Origin: Lingula anatina
Taxonomy: Eukaryota > Animalia > Brachiopoda
Direction: 5' to 3'
Length of the DNA: 64,000 nucleotides
Assembly (NCBI GenBank): GCA_051362555.1
Contig: CM120640.1
Coordinates: 12,400,001 to 12,464,000 of the forward strand
Position numbers and translations under genes: made by a program. Shown here one piece after another: positions 37,837 to 50,693 of this stretch. Every line of letters begins with the position of its first letter. Within the stretch, counting starts at the first letter, position 1. Below the pieces are notes generated by a model. It searched no databases. It was not told the origin of the DNA and was given only the letters and a program-made list of their open reading frames with translations.

Positions 37837-40800
37837 TAAATAAAAAAGGAAAACAGGACTGTTTAGAATTTAAATCTGATCAGAAATACACGGAACTAGT
37901 AAAAAACTTCAATGATTTTCGTTTCCCTGTTATTAAAGTCATTGTTGTCTAAATCAGTTATAGGTTTTTACTACTATCTATTAAGGATATCCTGTTATTG
38001 ACTTCCGAGCATTTAGTGACTTTAATAACTGGACTTTTTAAAAAAATATTTCTATCAACAATATCATTGAGAACGTATTCCTATTAGTAGACCCACTAGT
38101 CGGTGTTTGTACGAGGGAAATAATATATGAAAAACAATTATCTTGGTGTTCTCTATACTAAAAGCCTGATATTAACCCCACATTACTCATCCATTACAAA
38201 TATACATTATAGTATAGTATCGGTAAAATCAATTACGAATGTCTACATTTCTCTGTTATACGAGTATTTTTCCATTGTAAACACACGGGAACTTGCGAAT
38301 TAATGGTTTTTGTATAGTAATTCGGAAAAATTGAGCATAATATATCTAAGCTGTTTAAAATTAAAAATTGATTTCCTTTACCAAAAAATCACATTCTCCT
38401 TACTTTTGAGTAATGCCGATTGTCATTTATATTTCCCCTGTAATATGAAAATATCAAGACGGTTTCTATCCGATTTGAAAAATTCAATATATCTTTTATT
38501 TTTTAAAACCTCCCTCCCTTCTGTGTAAATTAAAATCCCCAAATTTCAGTGACATGCAAAGGTAAAGAGAGCAGATATCATGGTGACTTTTATGCTTCAA
38601 TATATTAAACCTAGTTTGGTGGGTCCTGAAATAAACTATATGAATTCATTTTCGCAAAGTGAAACAAAGAGGAATATGCATTACGGACAGAATATTTGGC
38701 GGATATTTTTAGTATTTTTTTCTCTAGGATTTTACACAAACTCCGGCTAACCGTTTTTGTTTAATAAAAGAAGTGGGGACCCTATGTGCGGGGAGGCATC
38801 AGGTGCATAATACTATTATGTGGCGACAGAGCACCTTGCAACGAACATTTGTGATGTTTATTAGTGCAAGGGGCACAAACACCATCGGCCCCTTTATCAC
38901 GTTCCTGTGGTTTTCGATATCACAACTATTTTGAAATTAATCGCAAACAGATTGTGTATTTCCTCCATTGTTTAATGCAACAATTATCTCTTTTTGGTTG
39001 AAGGCGGGACCGCAGTAACGCCAGTCACCGGGGTGGGTGTGCCCGCAATTGTAACAGTTTCTCACAAATATTGAAAGTAAGCAAAAGTTGTTTTTCCGCA
39101 GGGAAGGTTAAATGGGAGCCGCCGGGAGCGTTGAAATCACGGTCCAAATCCGTCACCGTGGTTTGTGAAGAGGCTGCTTCCTGGCCTTTAGCAACTTATG
39201 CCGAAGAAATAATGGAAGCACTGATGTGAACGGCCAGTGATTAAAGTGATTGGAGTACAGGTAAACCCATAAGCACAATGCCATTGAAGAGGTTAAGGTA
39301 AACATTAAAACTTAACAATGATGTAAGAGTATTTCTTTAAAGAGAGGTATTTGGCGCTAAGTAGCGGCTTAAACTGTTGCAGATCTTTTACCACAAATAT
39401 TGAAAATAAGCAAAAGCTGTTTATCTTGATATGCGATCAAATGAAGCCGAGTGGTTGATCCGTATTTGTCCATTATAAGTAAATGACTGATGTGCCTAAT
39501 TCAGAAATATCTAAACCGTTAGCCGCCGATGTGTCGTCGAGACCAACTAATGCTACTTGACTTTCTGTTATCCGGTTAGTAGAATAACAGACCATTTCAT
39601 GGGTAACTACAGAAAAATGAGAGAACAACCTAATTATCTCTGTCTTTTGTATGTGACCGTTTGTACCCCAGTTTACATCTGAGGGGATATACACCGAATA
39701 CACTAAAATTATGTTAAAATATATATTAGGATGAGAGAAATGTTAAACTTTGGCTTCTTTTTGTTTGTTGCTATTGTCTTAAATATCATTAAACTTAAAT
39801 ATCGTTTTCATTGTTTTGTTTTCCCTTGCATTTGGGTTTTAGTTTTGTAAAATGTTTTATCGATCCGTGAATAGATATTAATAACCAGGCATCAAATGTT
39901 TGTCAGTTTTATCCATTTCTTACTGGTTCTTTTATAGAGAAATTAAATATTTTAGATAAAAATATATACAGTTATATGGCATCTTGATATAAATATTAAA
40001 ATGAAAGGTAAGTCTTTTTTTAGTAAGACGAAAAACTCCCTGAGATTTTGAAATTCAGCGTGTTGCGCTGGAGCTTTGCGGCATCCGCCTTTGATCTATC
40101 GATTTCAGGTACGTTTAACGTAATCCGCTCATTAAAACGTCTTAGTAGCTAAATCTCTTCTAATTGATCACGCTTTTTCCCATTAACTAACGACCACTTG
40201 ACTCTTGACTGAAGACAAATAATACTGTTTGCATTAAATAGTGTCTAATGACAGGGTAAGGACTGCGGTGGGGGTTAGGTAAAGAACTTGCTATGGTTTA
40301 ACTTGGAAGGGTTTTAATATGGCTCCATAAACATATGAGCGTTTAGATCGTAGATGCCACGTCGCATGAATGAATAGCTTCTTACTTCATTTTCTTTTCG
40401 GGTGGATGGTACTTTTGCTTAAACAACGTATAACTGTTCGGGTAAAAGTTGCACCATTCCACCCAACGAAACATGCATGCTAGACCGTAATTTGGCGTGG
40501 TATTTTAAGAATTAATCTTTTCATATCGCTAGAAGAACCTGCATACACGCTTTTTTTCAACTTAAATTTCATAATTCGAAAATGCACTTTACGCATAAAA
40601 TGGAACTTATGCAATGAAAAAAAATAGCATAGAAACTTTTATTTGAAATGCTCCCTTGGTATGACGCAGACCAGTGTCGAGAAGGAGCAAAATAAATAAA
40701 TAAAAGTGGTTCACAATATAATTTTGAACTATAAAAAGAAAATGATGGAAGTGTTTTACATAAAAAAATAGTGCAAAGCTCAACATGAATAATACCAATA

Positions 40801-42601
40801 ATTATTAATAGAAATCTTAAAATTTACGAAGATACGAAGATGTTAAAAAGGGTTAACATTAATCAATCAAAATCTGCCAAAATATCACGAAAAAGATAGG
40901 ACGAACTAACTGTGAAATATAAACGGGCCCTACTAAATTGTTTTTTGAACGTATTTATTAACTCATATAAATGACGAGTAAAAATGTCAGTGGATTTTTG
41001 TTTATCAGGTGTGGTCATGGAAAGGTGCCGCATTTTAAGTGCGTAACCTTAATTATTTAATTAAGTTGCTGCACGTTGCCCTGACATGTGTGTCCTTTAA
41101 CCTTCCCTTTCTCCACAGCCAACGAAGCAATATACAGGTTCATTGTAAAAGACAACAGGCCTGCCAATGACATGAGTTTCTAGGTGATGTATTGGTGAAT
41201 GTCGATTAGATCCTATCATCAGAGATTTCATCTTTGTAATCCACGCAGATTTGGTTTATGAAATGGCATTGTGTTTTAATGACACTGAGAAAATAGCGGT
41301 ATGGTTCCTCGCGGTGCTTCGCAATTATGGGATAGTAATAAAATAAAAAAGATTCGGTTGAATGATTAATGAAATGAATTTTCTCAGGCAAAAATTGGTC
41401 GAGTTATTAGCTATTAAGGATGCTAGACCAATGGTGTGCACAAAATAAAGAACAAATACTTATAGCAACAGCATTTTATATTGAAAAATACGGAGAGAGA
41501 GAGAGAGAGAAAAAGAGAGAGAGGCTTCTCGGTGATTAAATTAGGATGATAATGTCCAAATACAGATTAGATTATTAATTTGTTAATTTATGAAATTTTG
41601 TTAGATTGGAAATTGGCAGTTATGTAAAGAAAACTGATTGATTCAAATTATCAGATTAACATTTTTTATTTCAAACAAAGTTTTTGAACGGCGCGGAAGA
41701 CCAATATAAATTGGGTACGAAAACATTTGCGTTCAAGAGAAGATTACTAAACCCTGCAACCTTTCGGTCGTCATCACTCTTTGTAAGAAATTACTCCGCT
41801 TCATTTAACATGTTTTAATTAATCAGAACGGTGCAGGTCAAAAGCGGTAATATTGATAACGGCATCATCCACTGCATCGTAGTGCTCGGACCTTTGGTCG
41901 GGGTCAGCAGGAGCCGTGACTGGTCAGTCTTAATTAGCCCTGGACAATGGGCGATCACACACCACTGAGCGCGTCAATTGAGATATCAAACGAAATACAA
42001 TAGGACAGGGGTAATTATCAACAGTAGAACAAAGAGAGTGACTCCTTGGGGGAGATTCTGATCGTGGCGTGCGTTGTTTAGTTCGATAGATTGATCGAGA
42101 GGGCTCATTTGTAGCTCGTGTTTATTGTTTTTGTACAATTACATTTGAAAATAGCAAGTAATGATGATGGCTTTGTGTTCATTATTTCTTTAATTGGTTG
42201 AGATAATAATGTCAGAAATTAAGAAAATATAATACTCTAATTTGGTGGGTTTGAACACATGTTCACTATTAAGTCATGGACAATTACATGTCAAAATTGA
42301 ATATATCGTGTTTATATGTTTGACACACCGAGAAACACAAGATATTTAGGATGTTCATATTTCACAGATAATTGGGAGTACTTTTTTTAAAGGCAATAAA
42401 GTTATTTGTTAAGTATTTACGTTCAAACTACACAGTTTATTTTTTATAATTTTAACGACAATTAATATTTTGGACAACGCATCATACTCATTAGTGAAAG
42501 GTTATTAAATTTCACTTCAGTTAGTTACTAACTCAAAACTGGGCTATTTTTTACCAATGTTCCATACAAAGCGCTATCTTCACCCGCAAAAGACAGCTGA
42601 C

Positions 42602-42613
42602 AGAGAGAGAGAC

Positions 42614-42650
<37 letters not shown>

Positions 42651-42670
42651 AACGAGAGAGGGAGAGAGAG
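42602..42670. repeat. (GA)n imperfect microsatellite
   Basis: GA run with a few interruptions. A shorter one lies at 41492-41523. Confidence 0.93.
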
Positions 42671-44724
42671 GGGGAGAGGGGGGGTGTCGGCGTCCTGGAA
42701 AAGGGAGTGCACCGTAGGGGGCGAACAAGAATTATTGCCCCTAAAACACTTATCAATAACCATTTAGCCGTTGATCCCGCCCTAATATCTACACAAAAAT
42801 TAATTATGATTAGCAGGAGTCCATTAGAGTTGTGATCAATGCAGAATTCACTCGGTTAAATATTACCTCCATACCAGGGGGGTAAAACTCTTTGAGTGAC
42901 ATCGACCCTACTTGTTATAAAATGAAAATTAACATGTTAATTAACTAATAATTTTGTTTTCCTTTTGTATGGCAGCTTGTATGGCGTTGTCTTTAGTAGG
43001 CCCTTGTTGTTGATTTCAACACTGTTCCTTAAAGTGCATTAGTATTGATCAAACGTAGTATGTTTTTTTTCATATATTTATGTGAAGAACTGAATAATGA
43101 ACTCGTTGTTAATTTAATGTCAAAAATGGTGAACAAGATAATTCGACATCAAAGTGATAGAGAACTGGTGGATCAATTCATTCCATCAAATACAAAACCA
43201 CATAAAGGGGAACAGAAAATTGAAGAAAAACATTAAATATGGGAAAGGTTAATATTGACATCTCCATTACAGTTTTGATCATTAAGATACTCGTCCCTTT
43301 CCGCACCACAATATTGTTCTAGATATATGGTTTGACTTTTTTTCCTACAAATTTGATTCAAATCAGAAAAAGAAAAAAAGAAAAAATAAATAAAAACAGA
43401 CGCACAGATAAAGGTGTTGTAACATTCCAGTTTCTCAAACTACCAAGCCTATGAAAGAGCAATGTATTTTTGCCATAATTTTGATTCAAATCCGGAAAAA
43501 ACAGATCAATTTAACTCTCTGATCGTTTGAAATGAGCTTATTAAAATTGCTTTTAGGCTTACGAACAATGCAGAAATACCCGGATATTGCCCTTGTCATT
43601 TAATCTTGTCAAATTAAACATTGATCCATTTATTCCCCGTCGCACATTACGACGTAAACAACATAATTTCTGCTTTGTATATATGCATAATTAAATATTG
43701 GTCGAAACGCTGCTTTTCTTCGTCCGTTAACCTTTCAATAAGATTGTCGTCAACAAGTTTTCTCTCCAATGCTGTAAATAAAACGAAGGAAATTAAACCA
43801 GTTAACGAATACAATCGTGAGGTGCCAATTATCGAACTCATCTCGGGTAAAATGGGTAAACAAAGCCATATCACGTACAGTATCGGCCCTCAACCCAACA
43901 AAACAAGTCTCCTGCAATATGCTGCACATAGGTAACGAAAACGGGTGAATTTTGCCCTTACCCCACCTCTTGTTTCTTTAACTGAAAAACAAGGTAGGCA
44001 TTGTCAAAACAAACGTGTATTATTGTAATTCCAGCATGTGACAGGGCATTGTAAAAGCAAGACAGCGAGGCAATCGAAGGTATCCATGGTCCAGTTTGAC
44101 GTAGCACAACAAGACCGACTCCGCGTGTGGCAGCGGTATACACTGTATACTATCGGGGATCGATTATCCAAAATATCTCACTGTACCACCCGTGGACATG
44201 GCCACCCCTCCCTCTGCAGGGGACTGACGCAGATACCTGTTGTATGCTCCTAGTCAGTAAAAAGCGGATGTATTTTTCCTAATTAGTCAACAGGAAATAG
44301 AAAACCACACGAGCAGGAAATGATAGCCCGGGTATTGAGTTTGATACCGACTGTTTACTTAAAAATCCTTAAGATGTGAGGTTTCCGAAAGCAGTTTTTT
44401 TCAAGATTTCACAAAATTTTAAGTCTGGGCGTAATGACTAATGCAGATTTTATAGTAAAGAAAACATTTTCAGCCCTAAAGTTGACACATGACCTGAACG
44501 TTTAATCTCAGTAAACTCTCACTGATATCGTTTTGTGATATGTTGTAAGAAAACAGCGAAACTAAAAAGTATAGTAAATGCACATATTAAACAGCCTTTT
44601 TTTCTTTTCTAGAAAAATTCTTGATTGTGTGAACTATCGCGATTAGTCATGCACGAGGCACCATAAACAATAACGAACTGCACGATAACATGCCAAATAG
44701 AAGTCGTCAAGTATAGTGATCTCA

Positions 44725-44764
<40 letters not shown>

Positions 44765-46128
44765 CGAACTCAGAGGAAATATATGGATGAATCAATTCCG
44801 TTTCAATGGTTATAAAGTAATGCACCGTTAATCTACACCAGATGATCATTAGAACAGCAAATATTAATAGTGATTAAAACGTGGGGGACTCTATTACGAT
44901 ACATCGATAACTTTCTTCTATTGTCTTTAACGACTTTTCTTTTAGCTATCCGCGGGGGAGCTATTTGGTATTTTATATGTATCGAAAACCAATATACAAA
45001 TGAAGGAGACCAATAAAAACACTTAAGAGGAGAGCAGTCTGTAATAATTAAAAGTAAAATTAAAAGTAGAAAGCGAGGTTCCATTTACGACCACAAACTA
45101 ATTTCCTTAATTTATTTGAATTTTTGTTTTTTATTTAAACATAGAATGTCGCATTATGATTGATTTAAAGTATAACAAACTATATTTAACATGGATATTC
45201 AATGGAAGAAAACTAGTGATTTTGTTACTTTTCAGAAAGTTAACTTCCTTACGTAAAAATTAGTTAAAAATTATGACAATTTCAACAATAATAAAAAACA
45301 GTGCTGATATGATAACAATATTCAAACAGTTGAAAATAACATTATAGCAAAGCTAAAGTTGCCTAAATAACCAATTGATGAAACTGTTTGAAAAGCGTCA
45401 AAATAATCTGTCATGACAAGTCATCAATGAGCATCATAACTATTTTGTTAATTGCTAAAACAGACGTTAAGCACATGGATGAAAACGCATAAAAGTCAAA
45501 TCCATCCAATTTTTTAGTTTATCTTGGTTGACATGGTTGGTGCAGTTGTTTTGAAATCCTTAATCTCTGCTCTTGTCGTATGATATCAGTGTCAGATTCA
45601 TGTGAGTTATTCATCAGATCATGATCATTACGTATCGAATAAAGTTCTGCGCTTTACAAGTGTTCTTGAACTGATTTTTTATTCCAAGAATGGCAGGATA
45701 GGCGGCCGTCATTGCATGCATGTAGACACTGTGACCAAAACACCAGAATGTCTGAAAAGAGCGAAGAAACACTTGGTAAGAAAATTTTGTTTTAAATCCA
45801 ACAGATAATGCCAGTGAAAATGTTTTTATTATCACGACATAAAAATGTGACATTACATAAATTGAAATTACATCGACATTGAAATTACTATACAAATAAA
45901 CATTACATTCTCATCTTCGAAAAACATTTGATAATAAAAACTGTAGTAAACTCACCAAAAGAATATCAATTCCCGCTTTGTATTGGTCCTTATACCATCA
46001 GTTCAACTAGGTGGCATTATTTTTGGCACTTTGGGAGTTTATGCTCGTCAGTAAAGAACGCTAATGTCTTTTTTTAAAGGTTGTCTACGGTGGCTCTTAG
46101 GCGCTGCGAGAGTGGAAATGAAGGGGCT

Positions 46129-47696
46129 TTAGTGATCGCTGCCAGCCTCACTGCCAAAGTCGCTGGAAGTTCCAATGCTGGCGTTGTCGTCGTCTTCAGA
46201 TTCACAGCCAGACTCTTCGCTGTGCAGGAGATCTAGCTGTCTCAGTCTCTGTTGTTGCTTCTCTAGACTTTGTTTCCTCCATTTGATGCGGCGGTTCTGG
46301 AACCACACCTTCACCTGCGCCTCGCTTAGGTCGAGGGTGCCCGCAAGGTAGGACCTCTCGGAGCCGACCATGTACTGCTGTTTCTCGAATTCTGCTTCCA
46401 AACGCTCCAGCTGCTCAGGCGTAAAGATGGTTCGGACACGCTTGGACTTACTCTGTCTCCAACCAGGAGTGGCGGACAGTTTTTTCGGCTCCAATTTACC
46501 TAGAATAGGACAAGGGACGTTCATAAGTAACAACTACTAACTCCTTTGTAATCACCTTAAATCAATTAGACCAAAAGGATCAGAGAAAAAGTCGTCTTGG
46601 TTAATGAAGCCCGAAGGACTTCATTAGCAATTATGTCAAATTGAGTAATGACGATTTCAATTCAAGTATTACGACTAATAGATCTGGGGCCAATTTTGTC
46701 AATCGGCCATAGAAAAGGCCAGAATGGTTATTTTCGATTTTTTCTCAGTGGGGGTAGATGCCTGTAGTAAATCCATCGATTGAACACAGGTAGGGGAGTA
46801 AAACCATTCTCGGGACTATTGTGTATTTTTTTAAACCAATCAATGGACCACCATTAGATGCTGGGGTTTATTAGTTTAGATAAATCCTCTTTTAGAGCTG
46901 ATGAACTCCATACTGCACAAGATGGGATCATTAATTATTCAAGTCGGGAATCATTACAATAAATACATTGATCTTTGCACCTGTGGTTTTGCCTTTGACC
47001 TCGTTGCTTTTTCCTGTTGCCATGTGCGGTTTGTTGTCATTTTGTAAAACTCAAACAAATGCGTTTTTAAAATGTGCCGGGATGACAAAAACATACCCGT
47101 CACTTTAGTACATCATGGTAATACTACTTTGCCGAGTATTGCAACTTTTAAGAAACTTAATAGCCAGATTTGATTTTATCTTTATTTTTCAAAAAAATTT
47201 TCTGTATAATGCAGTTTGTGCGGAATTTTCCAAATAAAAAATCAGGTGCACGAGTAAAGATATAGGACCAGTTAACTGTTCACTTTACACTTACGAAAAT
47301 GATTTATCTACTTGAAAAAAAAAATAATAAACAACTAAATATAAAGTGCAAATTTATCAACCCACCTTTTGGCGTATTCAAAACCTGTCGAAGACCGTTG
47401 TTTAAGTTTGGGATCACACTTGTAGCCAAGCTATACGGATGGACACTGTCCACTGTGAGCTCAGGCTGTGGTTTGGTGTTTTCTTTCTCCCCATTTCGTC
47501 CTAGGATGGCGTCAATCATGAAGGACTTGCTGGTCTTGCTGGGGCGGTAGCTGAGCTGGTTGGCCGCGTACGGTGAGTGCAGGAAAGCGGGGTGCAGTTG
47601 CGGCTGGCCTAGGACGTTGAAACCAGCGGGGAATGCATTGGCCAGGGCCATCTGAAACATTGGGTTCTGCTGGAGACCGTTCAGTGGACTCTGCAT
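46129..47696 (-). CDS. NOTO: Not/Noto-family homeobox protein, paralog 2 (exons 47696-47366, 46499-46129; 233 aa)
   Basis: eh1 SFMIDAIL. Homeodomain [60 protein letters not shown]. Same phase-1 intron position as paralog 1. Confidence 0.92.
46560..46874 (-). promoter_or_regulatory. Putative intronic enhancer of Not paralog 2 (homologous to 31007-31287)
   Basis: Same ordered motif blocks on the minus strand. Confidence 0.65.
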
Positions 47697-47779
47697 CCTG
47701 ATTGTGACAGTTTTAAATATATAGTTGTTAAAAACTGTAGTTTAGGCACCGTTTGTGGAACACGAACTACTACAAAAAC

Positions 47780-47850
47780 GTGATTGGAACTCATTTATAT
47801 AGCGAAGCTGCCAATCATCATGCAATTAGTGCGCTGTTGGCCAATAGAAA
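47780..47850 (-). promoter_or_regulatory. Core promoter of Not paralog 2
   Basis: TATATAAA on the minus strand (47801-47794), CCAAT boxes at 47811-47815 and 47842-47846, about 100 nt upstream of ATG 47696. Confidence 0.55.
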
Positions 47851-50693
47851 TCTGCCTTCGGGGCTAATGGGCGGTGAATACGGGACCCAGTCCACGGTCG
47901 TATTTAATAACCCTCATTCATGTAAGTAGCAGAATATTAACGACGACAATAGTAAAGAAGGGGATGGAAATTGGAATTTTGATTGACAGTAATTGAAATC
48001 ACATTATCTCATTTGTGAAGGAGGCAAGGCGCAGGCCTACTTACTGAAGAACACTGGCACACGATAATTATTGTCAAAATAAGAACATAATTTCATTTAT
48101 TTAACAGAAACGTTCATTTACAGCTGACAGTAAATTTAAAACCAGTTGCACTATCTTTGCTGATATGTTGGATCTGCAATGGAGGTTCTCCATTTCGCTG
48201 GATTATAGAAATTCACGTTTTCTTAATTTAAGCAAAAATATGGCCTCTGTTTGTTCGCGAATGGTAAACATTCGCACCTATCACCTGCACTAACTGCAAC
48301 ATGCAGTCTTGTTTGTGTAGTAAGCATACGCTTCCTTTCATCCTTCCTTCCCTGTAACAAATATTAAATATCCTATTAAGTAGCTTAATCCAGTTGCAAT
48401 CGTATCGTTGTCCACGCCCCAATGAGCTCCTCAATAGAATCCCCCCTCGAACTAACATTGTCAAATTAACCGAATGCTCTTTACCTGTACAAATTTATTT
48501 GCAGATGTTTTCGATAAGATTCCGTTCAAATTGAGCTATGTGGTGTAGTCATGATTTCAATGAATGCGTTTAATTTCATCTTGCTACACAAGGAAAGGAA
48601 TATTCTAATTTTGTCAAAGTTTGTTTTCAATTACCTGTGTGGAATTGGGGGAGGAATGATTATTCGGGTTACTCTATCATGTAGAAAATGAACATGAGAA
48701 CAGTCTATTGCAGAGGCACAGAGAACATGAAGCGTGGGTTTTCTAAAGTGTTGCTGGTGAATAAACTGGTATCTGATTTCACTTAATGTTTAACTATGGA
48801 ATGTATTCCATGACAACTAGTTGAATTTGATTGACACCTTGGCATTGATGGCCTGTGACACTTACACTTAATGACACCACATGCACTGGCAGGGGGTACA
48901 TTGCAGAAATTTGGCAAAACTGAAGGAAGAAGTCATCATGAGCATGGCCAAATGCAGACCTTATTACAGAAAGGTCGAAAAAATATAAGCAATCCACCTG
49001 TTACATCTCGACTCCACCATTGCATTCGAAGTATGTAGACCCATATTCTTTCATTAATTTCTTCATTTAAAAAACATTCTTTGTATATTCCAATCATTTT
49101 AATTGTATGAACGAAGGGGGACGGGGCACTATTGATGTGGCTCTACATGTGGCACAATGCAGGATGAGCTACTATAGGGCGTAAGGCCGACGCTTGGCCA
49201 CGTAAAATATTCGTTCATGCCTTTCAGGCTTTAATGACCGTACGAAATCTTATTTGAATGTGTTATTTTTCTGTTGATATTTATTTTCCACATGTCGCTT
49301 TACTTTACTTTCAGATAACACAATGCACAGACCGGATTGTACAGAAATGTGAACCCCTGGGCATGGTAAAAAAGGATAAACTTACAATGTACAGTCTGTG
49401 CGAATCACAGTAATTAAAAACAATGTCTCTGATCTGAAAATTAAAAATAAACAGCTGCGCCTATTTTTTTTAAATTTACTTCTGGTAAACAAGAAATAAC
49501 ATGGCGAACTATCATCTTCCTTAAAACGTATAAAGTCGTGATGAAAAACATCCTCATATCTGTTCTCTGTTGATCACTCTGCAGATAGTAATAATGATGC
49601 GTAATAATAAGAAACAAAGAAAAAATGCCACATATAGTTATTAAAAAAAAAATGCAACTAAGAAATCATGGATGACCTTTAACTTACATTATCTTATATT
49701 CCACGCGAAGAATAGCGTTGTTATGAATTTTACTGAAAACAGTCATTTAATCATGATTAATAGGGCCTATAGGAAGCCTGTCTACTCTTTAAATGTTAAC
49801 AGACAAATTACGCATTTGCGAAAAGGTGAAAACTATTGGTATGTGTTCACCTATGTGCTGTACGTTTGGTTCCAGGAAACAAAAAAGGTCAAGATTTCAA
49901 ATGAGGTCATGAAATTTAACTAAAATACGATAATTCCGGCACAGAATTTACAACATTATTGCCGCGTAGGCTTATCTTCAAAAACAAACTACCAAACCCG
50001 ATTATACTGGTCCGTGGGAAGGGTCTTTGTTTAGTGTGAGATTGAGAGAAGAAAATCCAACCCAAAACTCATCTAATGTAAAAACAAGGTCACATAACGT
50101 AAGACTGAAAAGTAATTTCCCATTTCACGTTATCCCGTAATAGACCCTAGATAGTTTTGCTGATAGTTTAGTGTGTATGGATGAAGAAGTAATCACAATG
50201 ATCGTGATGTTCACCTCTAATGACACTGGAGAAATGACAGTATTCAGGCAATGTAATAAGCATTGAATTTCCTGGATAAATGAAATCGCACCGACATGTT
50301 AGTACGAGGGTAGAATATGATAATCAACAACTTAAAAAGGTTTTACAGCAGCCTAATATTTTTGCACATCGAATAGGCCTACTGATTTATCGGCATGCCT
50401 ACCAATTATTTAAGTTTTGCAGGATGTTATTGAAATCCAAGCGTTTCGAAATGGCCTAGCTACTTCACTTTTAATAAGCCCATATCAAAATTCCACCTTT
50501 TAAAAAATAGCCTAAATTGTAGATAAACCTGTGGAAATTGAAATATATTTATTATAATGGCTCAAGACAATTTAATGTACAGGTGCACTTGACTGCGCAC
50601 GCACGTTCATAACTCACAAGTTACGTGTGTTAGTTGTCCTTCCAGGTCACGTTCAGCCTCGTTGTGTTAGAGGTCTAGGTCAGCAGAACTATC

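Noticed and set aside
30268-47696. Not pair as a haplotype or assembly duplication artefact
   Set aside because: Extensive synonymous divergence and unalignable UTRs and introns show they are true paralogs.
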